This document shows positions 24,990 through 39,199 of a stretch of 64,000 nucleotides of DNA, one piece after another. Below the pieces are notes generated by a model. It saw nothing but the letters and a program-made list of their open reading frames with translations, did not search any database and was not told the origin of the DNA. Numbering within the stretch: the first letter of the stretch is position 1; every line of letters starts with the position of its first letter. The DNA lies in assembly GCA_951406725.2 (NCBI GenBank), contig OX597829.1, positions 6,696,001 to 6,760,000 on the forward strand, written 5' to 3'. The position numbers and the translations under genes were made by a program. The DNA comes from Octopus vulgaris (taxonomy: Eukaryota).

Positions 24990-25560
24990 CATCCTTTTAC
25001 TTGTTTCAATCACTTGACTGCAGCCATGCTGGTTTTTAGCCTAGTACTTATTCTATCAGTTTCATTTGCCGAACGCTAGATTACGGGGCATAAACACACC
25101 AACATCGGTTGCTAAGCGATTGGGTGTGGGGAAAAACCGACAAAATGATACACGTATACACACATACACACATACTATGGGCTTCTTAGATCTTTTCACT
25201 TTAATTGGCAGATCGAGAAATTAATTTTTTTGTAAGTAAATACTTTCAAACTTCGGACACTGGTAGAATGTGTCATATAAAACATCTTTTACTCTTAGCT
25301 TTGTTGAGAAAAGTTTCTATTTACGAAGTTATTTCGTGTTAAAGTTGTCGTATTTTGGTAATTTTAACCAATCAATGACATGCATTCAGCTGAATAAAAT
25401 TATTGCTGTTGTTTGTCAACAACAACTACCGATGAAAGTGAAAAAATCCGGCTTCTTTCAGTTTCCGTCTACCAAATCAACTTACAAGGCTATGGTCGGT
25501 CCGAGGCTATAGTGGAAGACCCTTCCCGAGGTGCCATGCAGTGGGACTGAATCCGGATGC
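24990..25560 (-). mobile_element. SINE split into 3' part (24990-25195) and 5' part (25450-25560) by an unrelated insert
   Basis: Reverse-complement matches to the two halves of the 24478 SINE. Confidence 0.65.
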
Positions 25561-26042
25561 ATCTAATAATATATGTGAATCTACTAAAGGATATATGATC
25601 ATACGTTTCTCTTATGTTTTTCTTTTTGATTTTTTGTTTTTTTTTTATTTAAAAGCCACTAATAATTTCTACTGTATAGGTTCCATGCGCACTGAAGAAT
25701 GTGACTGTTATATTTGAATTGTTAACTGACCCATAAGTATACTTCTTGTGTATCGTAATGTTTTGGCAGTTTGTGAGGTTGTAGTGGTCGCCACCCGGTT
25801 AGTTTAACAGTTTAATTTATTATTTAAAAGTTGTTTCTCTTCTGGCTGTTTCTTTAGACCATATCTTTTTCTTATATTTTCTTTTTTGAACAAATGTTCT
25901 TTTAAACAATTGCAGCGTGGAAGGTGTTTATAAGCCATTTAAGAAACACACAAAAACTGTTAGATTCGTACATACATACATAAATATATAAATACATACA
26001 CACACATACATACGTACACATACACATACATACGTACATATA

Positions 26043-26270
26043 TATCATGAACTAACTGTTACTTTCTCAGATGCGGCACGAAGTTTTGTCAGTGAAGAGG
26101 TCGCGGTCTGAAAGCGAGGAAAATATTTTGACAATTTAAATTTAAATGTTGAAGTGAATCTAACGGTGTTTGTGTGGTTCTTAAATGGCTTATAAACACC
26201 TTACACGTTGCAATTGATTTCGTTCATGCACACGATCTCAGATCAAGTCACTCGCTATGCAAGTACATCT
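26043..26270 (+). mobile_element. Family A repeat copy
   Basis: Closely similar to 845-1080 including the 5' part; hammerhead-like motif at 26085-26134. Confidence 0.8.
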
Positions 26271-26659
26271 CTTCTTTTAAATTTCTCCGTAAAGTACTTT
26301 TGGTGTTCACATAATAGGGTACTATTTCAATTGCCTACTAAGTGACTGATATATGATTGTTTCTGCTCTTTTTAGACACTAGTTATGTTTGGAGATGTCA
26401 CAGAACCTCTGTTGTGTCTAATTCTCAAAAGGCAAATATTCAATGTATACTTGCTTTACATATACTTTTAAACAAATTTTAGATAGTATTTCGACGACTA
26501 CTACTAAATGGCTGTGTAAGGTACATAATATGTAATGAATATAATGTATTAGAAATATGTCTGAAATCTGCATGTAGTTTTCTCAGGAATCCGTTTAATT
26601 TTATTTCGTGTAGTTATACACTTGCGGTTATAGATAAGAAACTATTGTGAACGTTAACG

Positions 26660-27060
26660 ATGGTAAGAAGCTTGCTTCTTATCAGCCGCATTGTTTCGGG
26701 TTCAGTTCCGCTGTCTGGCATGGTGGGCAGTTGTTTTCTACTATAGCCTCAGGCCGACAAAATTGTTGAGTTGATTTGGTAGACGGAAACTGAAAGAAGC
26801 CTGTCGTATACAGACTGTATATGTGTGTATGTGTGTGTATCAATGTGTGTTTCTTTCTATCTGGGTTTGTCTTCCCCATCACCGTTTGACAAGCGATGGT
26901 GATGCGTTTACGTCCCTATTACTTAGCAGTTCAGCAAAAAAGACCGATGGAATGAGTACTAGGATTAAGAAATAAGTCCTGGGTCGATTTGTTCAACTGA
27001 AACCCTCCAAGGCGGTGCTCCAGCATGGGTGTAGTCAAATGACTGACATAGCTAAAAGAA
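26660..27060 (+). mobile_element. tRNA-derived SINE
   Basis: Colinear with the 24478 copy; tail aaggcggtgctccagcatgggtgtagtcaaatgactgac. Confidence 0.85.
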
Positions 27061-27682
27061 TATGATAGGAAATTTCTTGCTATATTGTTTTGTTTTAAAC
27101 GTTTTCCTGGACTGCAATATTTCTGTTTTTATCTTCTGTTCTCACACTCTTTGCTCTTGTTATATGTTCCTGTTTCTCTGGAAGTCCAGAAAGACCACCA
27201 ATGTGTGTATGATATGCATCTGTGTGCGTGTGCGTTTGTTTGTGCAGCATGCGTGTGTGCGAGCGCGCGCCTACGCATGGCATATCTTTCATCAGTTGGA
27301 GAATATATTAGCTATTTCCTTTTAACGTTATAAAATATTAATTGATAATTGCTTTGTTCTCTCTTTAAACATAGTTGCAATTTGATCTCAACATGGTCTA
27401 GTTTTTTTTTTATATTTAGACATAATTAATTCTCGATAAATGAGTGGTAATTTAATTCTGTGGTGGTTAATTAAATCTTTAAATGCAAAAAAATTAGTGT
27501 GAGTCTGTCTTTGTGGAGAGTCATTGCTAGTTTTTACTTTGTGTACAGCCTTATGTATATGTTCCTTTTTTTCTTTGTCGTATCCACATTGTAAAAAGTT
27601 TACAATTTCACACTCCATGACTCGGTGTAGTTTATCACCCTCATACTGAATAAAGTTTGGCATTCCCTGTTTAGGTATTCCT

Positions 27683-27840
27683 TTCTACTCTAGGCACAAG
27701 GCCCGAAATTTTTGGGGAGAGGGCCATTCGATTAGATCGACCCCAGTACTCAACTGATGCTTAATTTATCGCCTCCGAAAGGATGAAAAGCAAAGTCGAC
27801 CTCGGCGGAATTTGAGCTCAGAGCATAAAGACAGACGCTG
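27683..27840 (-). mobile_element. SINE (second family), 3' part
   Basis: tactctaggcacaaggcccgaaa...gaaaggatgaaaagcaaagtcgacc matches 23174-23374. Confidence 0.8.
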
Positions 27841-28667
27841 GCCACTTTCCCTGTTTAATAGGTATGAATCACCAAAGGGCAATGAGATAAGTTTCATAAA
27901 ATTAAATAGCAGCTAGATGAAACGTGTATTTTGGTATTTTGTTTGATTGGGGGGGGGGGATGTTTCTTTTTTGTTCAAACGTAATATAGGTAACTTATCA
28001 AATATAGTAACTGGAACGGTACAAATGTATTAATTTACCTGGAATTTTCTCATCAGAATTTCAAATAGTCGATGCCATAATGAGAATCCGAAACATGCAA
28101 TCACTCAGTGTCAACTTATACACATATATAGGCATATTCATATAGTTTATTGAAGTTGTCGTCTAACTCCAAGTTATACTTGATAGTGCTGATATATCTT
28201 TGATCCATGGCCAATCTGGTCATAAGTACAGAGTTCTGGAATAATCAATATAAGATTTTATTTGATGTTTGTTAAAGATTTCGCTGCTATATACGCGCAG
28301 GTGCGGCTGCGAGGTTAAAACTTTGCTTTCCAACCACATGGTTCCGAATTCAGCACCCCTCCATGCCTATCAGAGACTTGTAAGTGGATTTGATAGGTGG
28401 AAAATGAATGAAGCTTGAAATCCGTTCTCATGGATATAAGGTTTACTAAATTTTTATTCCCTCAAATGTCTTGCTCGAGTAAAAACAACGCGCTAAAAAT
28501 GTTTTATCGTGGTTTTGGGTTTTAACTGCCAAATTTAGCATGTAAGAAATCTACATGGTGGTTTTCTGTCCGTGTTGATGACATACACTATTATATTTCA
28601 AAATATTTATGTCTTTTGACTTTTATCACGCATGCTAACCACTGGTATAAGTAATTTAATAATTTAC

Positions 28668-28716
<49 letters not shown>

Positions 28717-29328
28717 CACTACAAGAAGATACTACTATGGTATTAATATTAAGATATATTAAATACAGTATAGTATGAGTGGCTCGCTAGCAATTAAAAA
28801 TCAAATAGGAGTTAATAAATAGAAGGTGCGAAATATCCCCAGCGATTGCTAAAAATAAGTGTAAAAAATTAACTCTGAAAGCTACAAAAAACATTTACGT
28901 GAAGCAAGCTCATCAAACTAAAACGACTTTTCCCTTGTGAAATACATTCATAAAAAGACATAGCTGGACAAGGCTTTATCACGTGATTTTGAAATTTAAC
29001 CAATAAGGTCTTGCTTCCCTTTGGAAGCATCTACCAACTATTAGGCGCTAAATAAATAGTTTGCTTCGTAATAGTAAATGAGAATAGGAAACCGTTGATA
29101 AGCAGCGCCAAATTCAAACGGTTAGATTGTGTGAGGAATACAGGGTGTGCAGGTGTGTATGTGTGTGTCTATGTCCTCGTAACCTAGTGGTTCGGCAAAA
29201 AGAGACTCATAGATTAAGCTTCAAAGTATTGGGGTCGATTTGTACGACTAAAATCTTTAAATACAGTACCCCAAGATGACGGCAGTCATATAACTGTAAC
29301 AAGTAAAAGATGAAAGATAGTGCGTGTT

Positions 29329-29368
<40 letters not shown>

Positions 29369-30513
29369 TATGCATATGTGTGCTCACAATTACGACCTGG
29401 CACACACGCTTATTACTCCTCTGTACCTCCATATAAATTCAGTTGCAACGACAGCCTTAACAACGACAGCAGCAATATTAATAACATTAATAACAAGAAA
29501 ATCATTGTCACTAGAGAAACTATGAAAATGCCTTTTTAGATAATTAGGTACTTGTTAATTAAAATGTTGACTGATTAACTGACTAGCGTAGATATCTGAC
29601 GAGCAGATGTCTGATTATATAAATGACCCAATGGCTATATTCCCAGTGACTGATTACATACAAGAAGTCGTTTGTATTTCTCCCTTTTCTTTTTTTTATG
29701 ATGACTGATTAGAAATATATCAATCAGCCACCAGTTGACTAATTAGATATTTGTATACTACAAGACTGATAATTAAAAATGTTATCCATATTTTAGTTCT
29801 ACTATAGATATGTAACACACACACTATAATAAAGCCAATGTGTGTGCGTACGTGTGCGTGTGTGTGTATGTGTGCGCATTATGGAATGTTTTCTATACTG
29901 GGAAAAGATAGGTAACTAAAGCCATTCTTTACTTGATAACCGTTTCTTTAATTAGGCCAACAGACATCCATTAAAAAAAACTTATATATAATTAGAATTC
30001 ATAGATTTCATATTCTCACCTACTCAATATCAACGTATTCAGCCGATGTACAAGCGTAGCACCATTTTGCTTATGTTTTTAGTTTGCTTGTTTGTTTGTT
30101 TTTATGTTTTCCATTTGACATTTCGGTGAAGGGCATCTTGAAGATGTTATTCTACTTGAATCCCTCCAGAAGTAGTCATTGCATTCATAGTACTTACTGA
30201 ACTAATGACTAAGAAAACAATATTCATTTCGACGGTGTTTTGTGCTAATATGAGGGCTTGTCTGTAATTAAGAAAACTATCAGAAATTACAACGAAATTT
30301 CACTCAAGTAATACTGCTCCATCTTTAGAAAATGACACATTACATAGTTGTCTGTGGAACCAAATATCAGCCACATCCTGAACAGAAAATTTTTTTTAAG
30401 TGATAGATAACTCTGGAATGCTTTTATTATAGCTGTATGCGGGCACAAATGTTACAGGTCGCGACAAGAACACGTTTGTGGTGATGATTTACCCGTACTT
30501 GCCCGTACTAAAT

Positions 30514-30578
<65 letters not shown>

Positions 30579-30965
30579 ATATACATATATATATATATAT
30601 AGATATATATATAGACAGATAGATGGATAGATGTGCTGATTCATTTGAGAAAGAATTTTTTTACTTATGACAGACCAAGATACAGTCTACGACTGAGTGT
30701 AAATTTTATACGTTCACAAACCATCTATATCAGCAATACATACACAATAATTTCAACAGTCGCATTAGCAGATAAAAACAATCTATGGATAAACATGAAT
30801 GGCTAATTTGAATAATGCAATTAAATTGATGCTCTGCTGTCTGAGAAAATTTCCACTATTCATTCAAAGGTAAATAAACGTCTTTTACATTAGCACAAAC
30901 CTCTCAGTTTTCACAGAGAGTGGTAAAGTTGATTGAATTAGGTGATGTATTTTAGTAGAAGTTAC

Positions 30966-31029
<64 letters not shown>

Positions 31030-31031
<2 letters not shown>

Positions 31032-31346
31032 ACAATTGAGGGTAAAATTAACTAGTTATTAATCAATTTCACCAAGTAGTGTTCAGTATGTAAAAGGACC
31101 ATTTAAGGCGAATTCAAAATATTACATTATATAATTAGGGCTTAGTAAAATAAATTACTTTGCCACATACTGAACTTTCTAGAAATAGCAGCCAAAAAGT
31201 TTTTAGCCATTTCCACTACTTTAAGAAAACTTCTCTCAGATAATGTTTACTCATAAATAACTCACGAAGGTATGGAGGTAAAAACAGTAAAATATCACAA
31301 GTACAAAGATCATTTGAGAACGTCAACGTTTCTAGATTAGCCGAAA
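31030..31346 (-). mobile_element. Diverged partial copy of the 562-nt retrozyme-like monomer
   Basis: Aligns with 41869-42176, same (TA)n-CAACAATTGAGGGTAAAA junction; stops within the hammerhead (gagaacgtcaacgtttc). Confidence 0.8.
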
Positions 31347-31392
31347 TATATATATATGAGAGAGAGAGAGAGGAGGATGGAGAGAGAGACTA

Positions 31393-31439
<47 letters not shown>

Positions 31440-31594
31440 AACACAAGTGGTGTTTAAAATTTATTAGTGCTGTATCTAAACAGAAATGTTACGACGGGTC
31501 ATAGATTAACAGAATACAGATATGCAGTTATAAAAAAGCATGAGACTAAACAACATAGCATAAATGCCTCATCCTCAGGTAAAAATCTTAAACA

Positions 31595-31925
31595 TAAGTC
31601 TGGTATTTATTTTATCGGTCTGATTTACGGGGACGTAAACACACCAACGCCGGTTGTCAAGTGGTGGTGGGGGACAAACATCGATGCAAAGATACACACA
31701 CACACATACATACATACATACATACATACATACATACATACATACACACATACATACATACATACATACATACATACATACATACATACATACATACATG
31801 TCTCTCAGTTTCTGACTCCAAATACATTCACAAGGCTTTGGTCATCCCGAGGTTACAGTAGAAGAGACTTCAGACGGACTGAAGGTGGAACTAGTGGTTC
31901 GGAAACAAGCTTCTTATCACCACAC
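31595..31925 (-). mobile_element. tRNA-derived SINE with internal (TACA)n
   Basis: Reverse-complement match to both halves of the 24478 family. Confidence 0.7.
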
Positions 31926-31968
31926 CTATAATATTTGTGTATATGTGTGCGTATATATAGCGTACGAC

Positions 31969-32006
<38 letters not shown>

Positions 32007-32189
32007 CTGCCGTACGCTACCAACAAATGATACCTAATGGTAGTTTTTATTTAACTGTGGTCTCAGTATTACGAAACTCATTCCGATCGGTGGACCTGTT
32101 CTCCTACGTGTTGATGCAGCTAGATTCTAAAAACAAATCACATATTTTAATCTATCTATACAGATAAATATACATACATAAAACATATT

Positions 32190-32208
32190 GCTAGATAGAT
32201 AGACAGAG

Positions 32209-32259
<51 letters not shown>

Positions 32260-32280
32260 TAGGTAGATAGACAGATAGAC

Positions 32281-32331
<51 letters not shown>

Positions 32332-32337
32332 TAGACT

Positions 32338-32391
<54 letters not shown>

Positions 32392-32434
32392 CAGACAGAC
32401 AAATAGATAGATAGACAGACACAGAGAAATAGAT

Positions 32435-32466
<32 letters not shown>

Positions 32467-32560
32467 AATAGATAGATAGACAGACAGACAGGCAGACAGT
32501 CAAACAAATAGATAGATAGACAGACACAGAGAAACAGATAGATAGACAGACAGACAAATA
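32190..32560. repeat. (GATA)n/(GACA)n microsatellite
   Basis: Directly visible. Confidence 0.95.
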
Positions 32561-33445
32561 TATAAACGGTTAGATAGATGATAGGTGGGTAGGTTGTAGG
32601 AGAAGGAAATAAAATGTACCCCTATATAAAACAAATTTATATGAAAATTTCTGTGTGCACCAGTATTATAAAGTTGAGTTACTATTTAAATGAAGTAGGC
32701 TAATGTGCGTGTGTGTGGCTGTGTGTGTGTGTGTGTTTAGATGTATGTGGACATACTTATATTAATATATATAAGTGGACGTATATGTAAATATATAAAC
32801 AGAGGTATCATTAATACATTGTGTAAAATGAATATCACTTTGATTCTAAAGGTGAGTGGAATGGGAGAAACACCAAATTTAAGTGCTAGTTTAAATATCT
32901 ATTAGTATTTATATACATTCTTACACGTTCAATACTTGCCCGGAGCGACTATACACCTCATCCCATCGAGGTGGATAAAATATAATGGCAGGCACATTAC
33001 TGCCATTCAATTGATTTTTTTTTCTCTTCTCCTTTGAATTTGAAACCTTGTGCCAATCATTATAATCATGACTGGCATTTATTTTATTCATTATTATTGT
33101 AGTTGTTTGAGTGGCAATGGATGGTAGAATCGGTAGAGAGTCAGATTAAATGTGTAGCATATATTTCGGTTTCTTCTATTTCCATTCTGATTTCAAATCT
33201 GAATCGTATAAGTATTAATAATACTTATACTAGAAACGATTCATTCACTTACATTCGTTTGTATTTGTAACAATGTAAGATATTATCATTTCGATGTGAA
33301 CGGTGATGAGTACGGTTCATACATTAGAATGTAAGACAAAACTTACAGAGTTTTTGTTTTTAGCGCTTAACAAGGCACTATCCTAGAGCTCCCATAACAA
33401 CATTTCACCTTGTGCTCCGGTAAAAATAATTGTAAAATCATTTTA

Positions 33446-33903
33446 GAGTAAAGATTATTTGCCAACATAACAACGCAGTCCTAGTTTAGGACGAATGTTA
33501 CTGTAATTTAGTCCTAGGAGACGTCGTCTCCAGCTGGCTGTACGACACGATCTGTGTCCTTATATTTTCGAACAAGTGAATCTAGCACCCCCATTCAACT
33601 CAAAACAATATCTGTGTATCGCGATTTCCGGGTTATTTCGCTTCATCATCACAGAACAATTATTCCCTTCATCTAACCGAACAATTATTCTGTACTGATG
33701 GAGGGAAATAACTCGGAAATCACGATACACAGATATTGTTTTGAGTTGAGTGAAGGTGCTAGATTCTCTTGTTTGAAAATAAAAGAACACAGATCGTCTC
33801 CTAGGACTAAATATAAAGACACAGATGTCTCCTAGGACTAAATTACAGTAACATTCATCCTACACCAGGACTGCCATGTTATGTTGGCAAATAATCTTTA
33901 CTC
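33446..33903. mobile_element. Fold-back element, family B, with a hammerhead motif in each arm
   Basis: ~200-bp inverted arms; HHR remnants at 33612-33654 (-) and 33690-33732 (+); consensus CTGTG-CTGATGA-aGGG aaataa CCCg-GAAA-TCGCGA-TA-CACAG. Confidence 0.75.
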
Positions 33904-35499
33904 CAAAGTACTGTTGTTGTACATCTCTCGATGTGAGATTTACAAATAGTAATTTTCTAATCATTATTTTAGTTTGAAAAATTCAACGCATGAAAGACCT
34001 TATAATTAATTCAAGCAACTTTACACAAACACGCAATAAGTTAATTGATACCATTTGTATACAGACAATCTATCACGCAAAGGTAATGCCTCTCATTTGT
34101 GGTTATATCAGTCTCTTTATCAATCTTTCTCTTCCCTCTCTCTCTCCCTTGCTTTCACTCTCCTGCTCTCTCTCTCTCTCTCTATGAATATATATATAGG
34201 TGTGTGTATGTGTGTGTGTGAGTATGCGTGTATATGTTTTGCATGTGTGTACATATAAGTAAATTACGGATATAGCAATTATTTTATTCTAAAGATTTTA
34301 GACCCCTGCTACATGTAATACTTGTCGTTTGTGTAGTTGCCTCAGTCGTCACAAATGTCTCCAAGTGAACATATCTTTTTTTTTTTAATTCTAGCTAGGG
34401 TCTATTGTATTTTCAGTTTCTATGGCAATCCTTTCAGACGATGATGCAATCAAATATAGATATTTTAGAAATCGTAAAAGTGTATACGAAACACTTTTTT
34501 GTAAATATTTTCTGATTTTCAGTATACAAATATTGGAAACTTAGAATAAATTACAATACATACAGTTTTATGTGCTGTTGAAAATGGTTGTCAACCTTGC
34601 ATTTATGAGAAGCTAAATATACCGAGCCGCATAATTTCATCATGAAGACTGAGTCTGATGTAACATTATTTATCACTAATGAACAATGTTTGTTGAAATA
34701 TTTTTAAATGGCTACCGGATGAACAATTAATATTTGAGAGATTCCTTAAAAACCTCCATAATTTAACCAAACATTTAGTTCTCTCTATTGCAATTAAAAA
34801 ACGTCATCAAGAACTCACCTAAAATATCTAGATTCATCAAAATGTCAAGTTCTTTGAGACTTTATTAAACGTAGACAGCTTTCAAACTTCATTATTTAAA
34901 ACGAACCGTCAATATATTCGCAAATTATACAACTATGACAACGTCATTACTAAGATATTGGTTTGTAAAACCTATCAACTTTTTCTTAAAATAAACAAGC
35001 TTTTAGCAATATAGCCAAATGCAAAATGGGAGAAATCGAGAGAAACGTTTTAATTTTGAAATTAAAATACAACTGGAATATCGTTACAAACCACGCTATA
35101 AGCGACATATTGAAACGTTTAACCGTTACAAGTTTTAACACAACTAAAGTTTTTCAAATACTTACTAAACATTTCCTTTTAAATCACAAATTCCACAAGC
35201 TTCTCAATTGAGAAATATTAAAATTTTGTATTTATCCACCTAAAATTGTCCAGAGATATTAACAAAATCGTATCTTTTGAAATTAAACTGTATTCTTTGA
35301 ACTGAAATATCAACCATTTTAATTGCATCAACATTACTTGAAAGATTCTGTTGACCAAGAAATCAAGGTAACTGTGTTTCAATTTCACGTGACTATCTGT
35401 TAAAGAGAAATATCTCAATACATTCATGTCCTCGAGCAATATTTGGAGATCTAAGAACAATGACATTGCATACAGTTGATCATGGATGGAACTTCAACT

Positions 35500-36240
35500 G
35501 ACTGACATAGGCAGCCTTGGAAAGGAGTACACGGCCATACGTTTCATCCCTCCAGCACTTTATGTTTTCACTGCGGTTCTAATGACCCCATCTACGAAGC
35601 CAGTGCTGTGCGTTTTCATTCCCAAGGAAACCCACATCATAAGCTTTAAAACTTCCCTCCTACGATTCCTCCACTCACTTCTTTCCAAAGCTAATTTTTC
35701 TCAGTTCTTTCAATTTGCCTTTTATGCAGTCTTTGTACCTTTTGTGGTTTGTGCTGAGGACGCTTTCCATTGCACAGCTCTCCATAGAACAATTGCTTCG
35801 GAATCGTATTCTCTTCTATACGTACAGTGTGGTGTATTCAACGCAACTGAGTAGTTATAATGAGAGACTGGATGCTTGTACGTCCTGCGTTTGCAAGAAC
35901 TTCTGAATCGAGAGTTTTGCTTTGCTATTTGATGTTGAGTATGTGGCTGAAACATTTTTTTAGGAAAATGCTCAAGCAGCTTTTGTTTTCGTGACGTTAT
36001 TTGTTCTGCTGTCAAGATTTCAACCCTTAGATACAGAAATACATCTACGTTTTCAGACAGCATCTGTAACATTTAGTAAGCTTGAAAATATATTCTAGAC
36101 AAATCGCAGCATCAAGTTGAGTGTTTACAAGATTTTGTTGAGTAAGAACTCTATTGTACTCTTCTGAAGTATGGATAATAGAATGTAGGCATCTTAATCT
36201 GATCAAGCGCTCCATAAAAAAAAAATGTTTGACACATTCT
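35500..36240 (-). mobile_element. Decayed RTE-clade LINE 3' fragment
   Basis: PKQLFYGELCNGKRPQHKPQK..YKDCIK and EKLALERSEWR, characteristic of the RTE ORF2 C-terminus. Confidence 0.8.
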
Positions 36241-36885
36241 GAACGTCAAATGGCAAAATAAAGCATAACATATATATAAACACGAACCAACAAGTTTCGC
36301 AATGCGACTGCATAATATTACATAGTAAACAAAATTGTTTCTTTAGTGAACTATGTTTAGTATACATATCGCAGCTTTAATAAAATATAGAATATAGTGT
36401 AAGACATTCATCCGTATAGAATGTTACATTAATACAGATAAGTATATCATTTTGCCTCACGTATTCTGGTAGGAGGTGTGTATGTTGTGTGTGTGCGCGC
36501 GCGCGTGCTTGTGTAGTGAAATAATATATCTATATTTAACCATATCTATATGGGTTACATACGCTTTTTATAAAGATTCGAAAGCTGGAAGTAAAGGAGG
36601 CAGATATTTCTGTGTCTAATTGACGACTCTGCTATACTCATTACGACGTCTCCCGCCAGTAAAATCCCTAACATAGAAGAAATAGCTGTTTGTCATTCTT
36701 TTAAGTGCAGCGTGAGAAATCTAAACTAAACTTTGAAGTCACCTTTAAAGTAAATACATACGTGTTCATGTCTATGCGTATCTGTGTGTATTTGCGTTTG
36801 CGCGCGCGCGTGTCTAAACCGGTTTATGTATTAGCATTTATTTAGTGCATGTCATCAGGTAGCTTATAATTATGTTGCAATGCAA

Positions 36886-37420
36886 AAGCGGTGAGCTGGC
36901 AGAATCGTTAGCACGCCGAATAAACTACATTTCATTTGGTATTACGTTCTGAGTTCACATTCCGTCGAGTTTGACTTGAACTTTCAGGATCATTGAAATA
37001 AGTTTCAGGCCTTATGCCTACATTAGAAAAATATTCTTTTGTTATGCTGTTTGGGCTTTATAGGTTCAGGCATGGCTATGTCGTTCAGGTTTTCACTTGC
37101 GACCATGTGCTTCCATATACAATGCCACTGCGCGGTATCATGGGCAAATGCGCCCCCCCTAATGCCTCGTGGTTGAATTTGATAGATGGAAGACCGCCGT
37201 CTGTGTGTGCGTGTTTGTTTTGATTTTTGAGTATTTGACAACGCTGCTACTTCACAAGCGCTGCCGGTCGGTTTACGTCCGCAAGTAGATCGGCATAAAA
37301 AAAAACGGATGTTATAAGTACTGGATACTTCAGAATTATGTAATGAGGTTGATTTGTTTTGACTAAAGTCGTCAAGCCAGTAACCCAGCATGGCCGAAGT
37401 CCAATGGCTAAAATATGGGA
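36886..37420 (+). mobile_element. Two adjacent decayed SINEs (36886-37005 and 37065-37420)
   Basis: Matches to the two SINE families above; tail cccagcatggccgaagtccaatggctaaaa. Confidence 0.7.
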
Positions 37421-38109
37421 AAAAATAAAAGGTATTTGGCTATATGAATGAATAATTTTATCTGTGCATATCTGAATGTTCGCGGATGGTTGTGTGTCTG
37501 TGTGAAATGAATTAAGAAATCAGTATTGGGTACTGTTCCTCCAATGTGTTCTTACCCAAAACAAAGGTAAAAATGTTGCTTTTGTTATTGATGTTGCAAC
37601 ATATATTGCTCTTGGAAAACTATTGCCAGTTCGATTCCAACCATGGCCAACCAGCCTTTATTTATTTATTATTTTTTTTTTTAATCTAGAACTATATTAT
37701 GTCGTTCTATTTCTAAGTCGGTTAGGTAAGATTTGATGTAAACTTGGGTGATATTTCTAACATACTGATCACAACGAACAGACTCCCTCACTAGGTGGCT
37801 CTGAAAGTTTTCTGTCTTTCAGGCAGGTCACAGTCATAGTCACTATTTCCAAGGAGATTAATATGTAACGGGAACACGTAAGTACACTCCTCTATAATCT
37901 AATACCATACGACGCACCACACAAAACGGTTGTTGCTGAGCAGCTTATTAATTCCCACACGTTGAAAAATTACATATCATACATTCACAAAAATACATGT
38001 GTTCTCATACACTAATATGTGTATGTGCTTATGTACGCATACGTGAGTGTATCGAGTATGGATGCATATAGGTATATATATATATGTATGTATATATATA
38101 TATATATGT

Positions 38110-38149
<40 letters not shown>

Positions 38150-39199
38150 TTTGCAAGTAGGAGGGAGTGGACCTGCATACACACACATGTATATATACAC
38201 ATGCACACACACATATATATATATATATCTGTATATATATATATATCTGAACACAACTGTGTACATATACACATAAATGCATACTGTACAAATATTTATT
38301 CATATTTCTCGAATATCGATACATATTTTCGTTAGTTTCCTCCATCTCTAGAGGTTATTTGCAAATATTGATTTATATGCATTTGCGAATTTATATTTTA
38401 TTGAATCATTGCCAATATATTAAAAGTTGACGTTTAATCAGAGAGATGAAAACCAAAGTCGACCTTACTGGTTCACTGTTGAATTTAGGACCTTTTTTTA
38501 AAATCTTCTCTATGAAGCTTTACCAGTCTGTCAAAAAGTCATCAGAGATGTCGGAAATGGTTGGTATTAAATCAATAAAGATCATATAGATATACACCCT
38601 AGCCAGATAATATATACGATCCACGGAAATTCTCGTTACTGAACAACTTCCTCAGACAAATATACTGAACAGAATCAACGATGTACTATCTGTGCTGTTG
38701 CTTGATCTGTTGCAAATAGTAGCAAAGTTTTCATAAAATTGCTCCCTGACATTTGAAAAATAGACAAGGTAGTTGTTCATGGTTTACAATTTGGCCATAA
38801 CGTCTTTCTAAAGGCCGTTTTAAAACACACAACAATCTAAATAAATAAAAATACGGATTCGTTGAAGCACATGTCACAATACTGAGTTTGTATTTACATC
38901 ATTGCGTTTTTGATCCAATTCCTCGCCAATGCTAGCTCTACCTTTTATCAGTCGGTTTTCATATAAAATATATACTACTCAAATCCTAGACATTGTATAC
39001 AATATTTTGTGATTAATGCCTGAATTAGATTTCTTTAGGCACTGATTTATAAGTCCTTTGCCAAAAGTTTACAAGTACAGCTCCTTGGAATTTGATTATT
39101 GACAAGAACAAGAATAAATTTTAAAGTAACTGAGATCCAAATACAATTTCAGTGTCTGTCATCGAAACAATTATAAATGCTGGAACCTAGGTAAAAGAA

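Noticed and set aside
28048-28057. CTGATGAG on the minus strand (also at 44692-44699)
   Set aside because: No properly spaced GAAA or stems nearby
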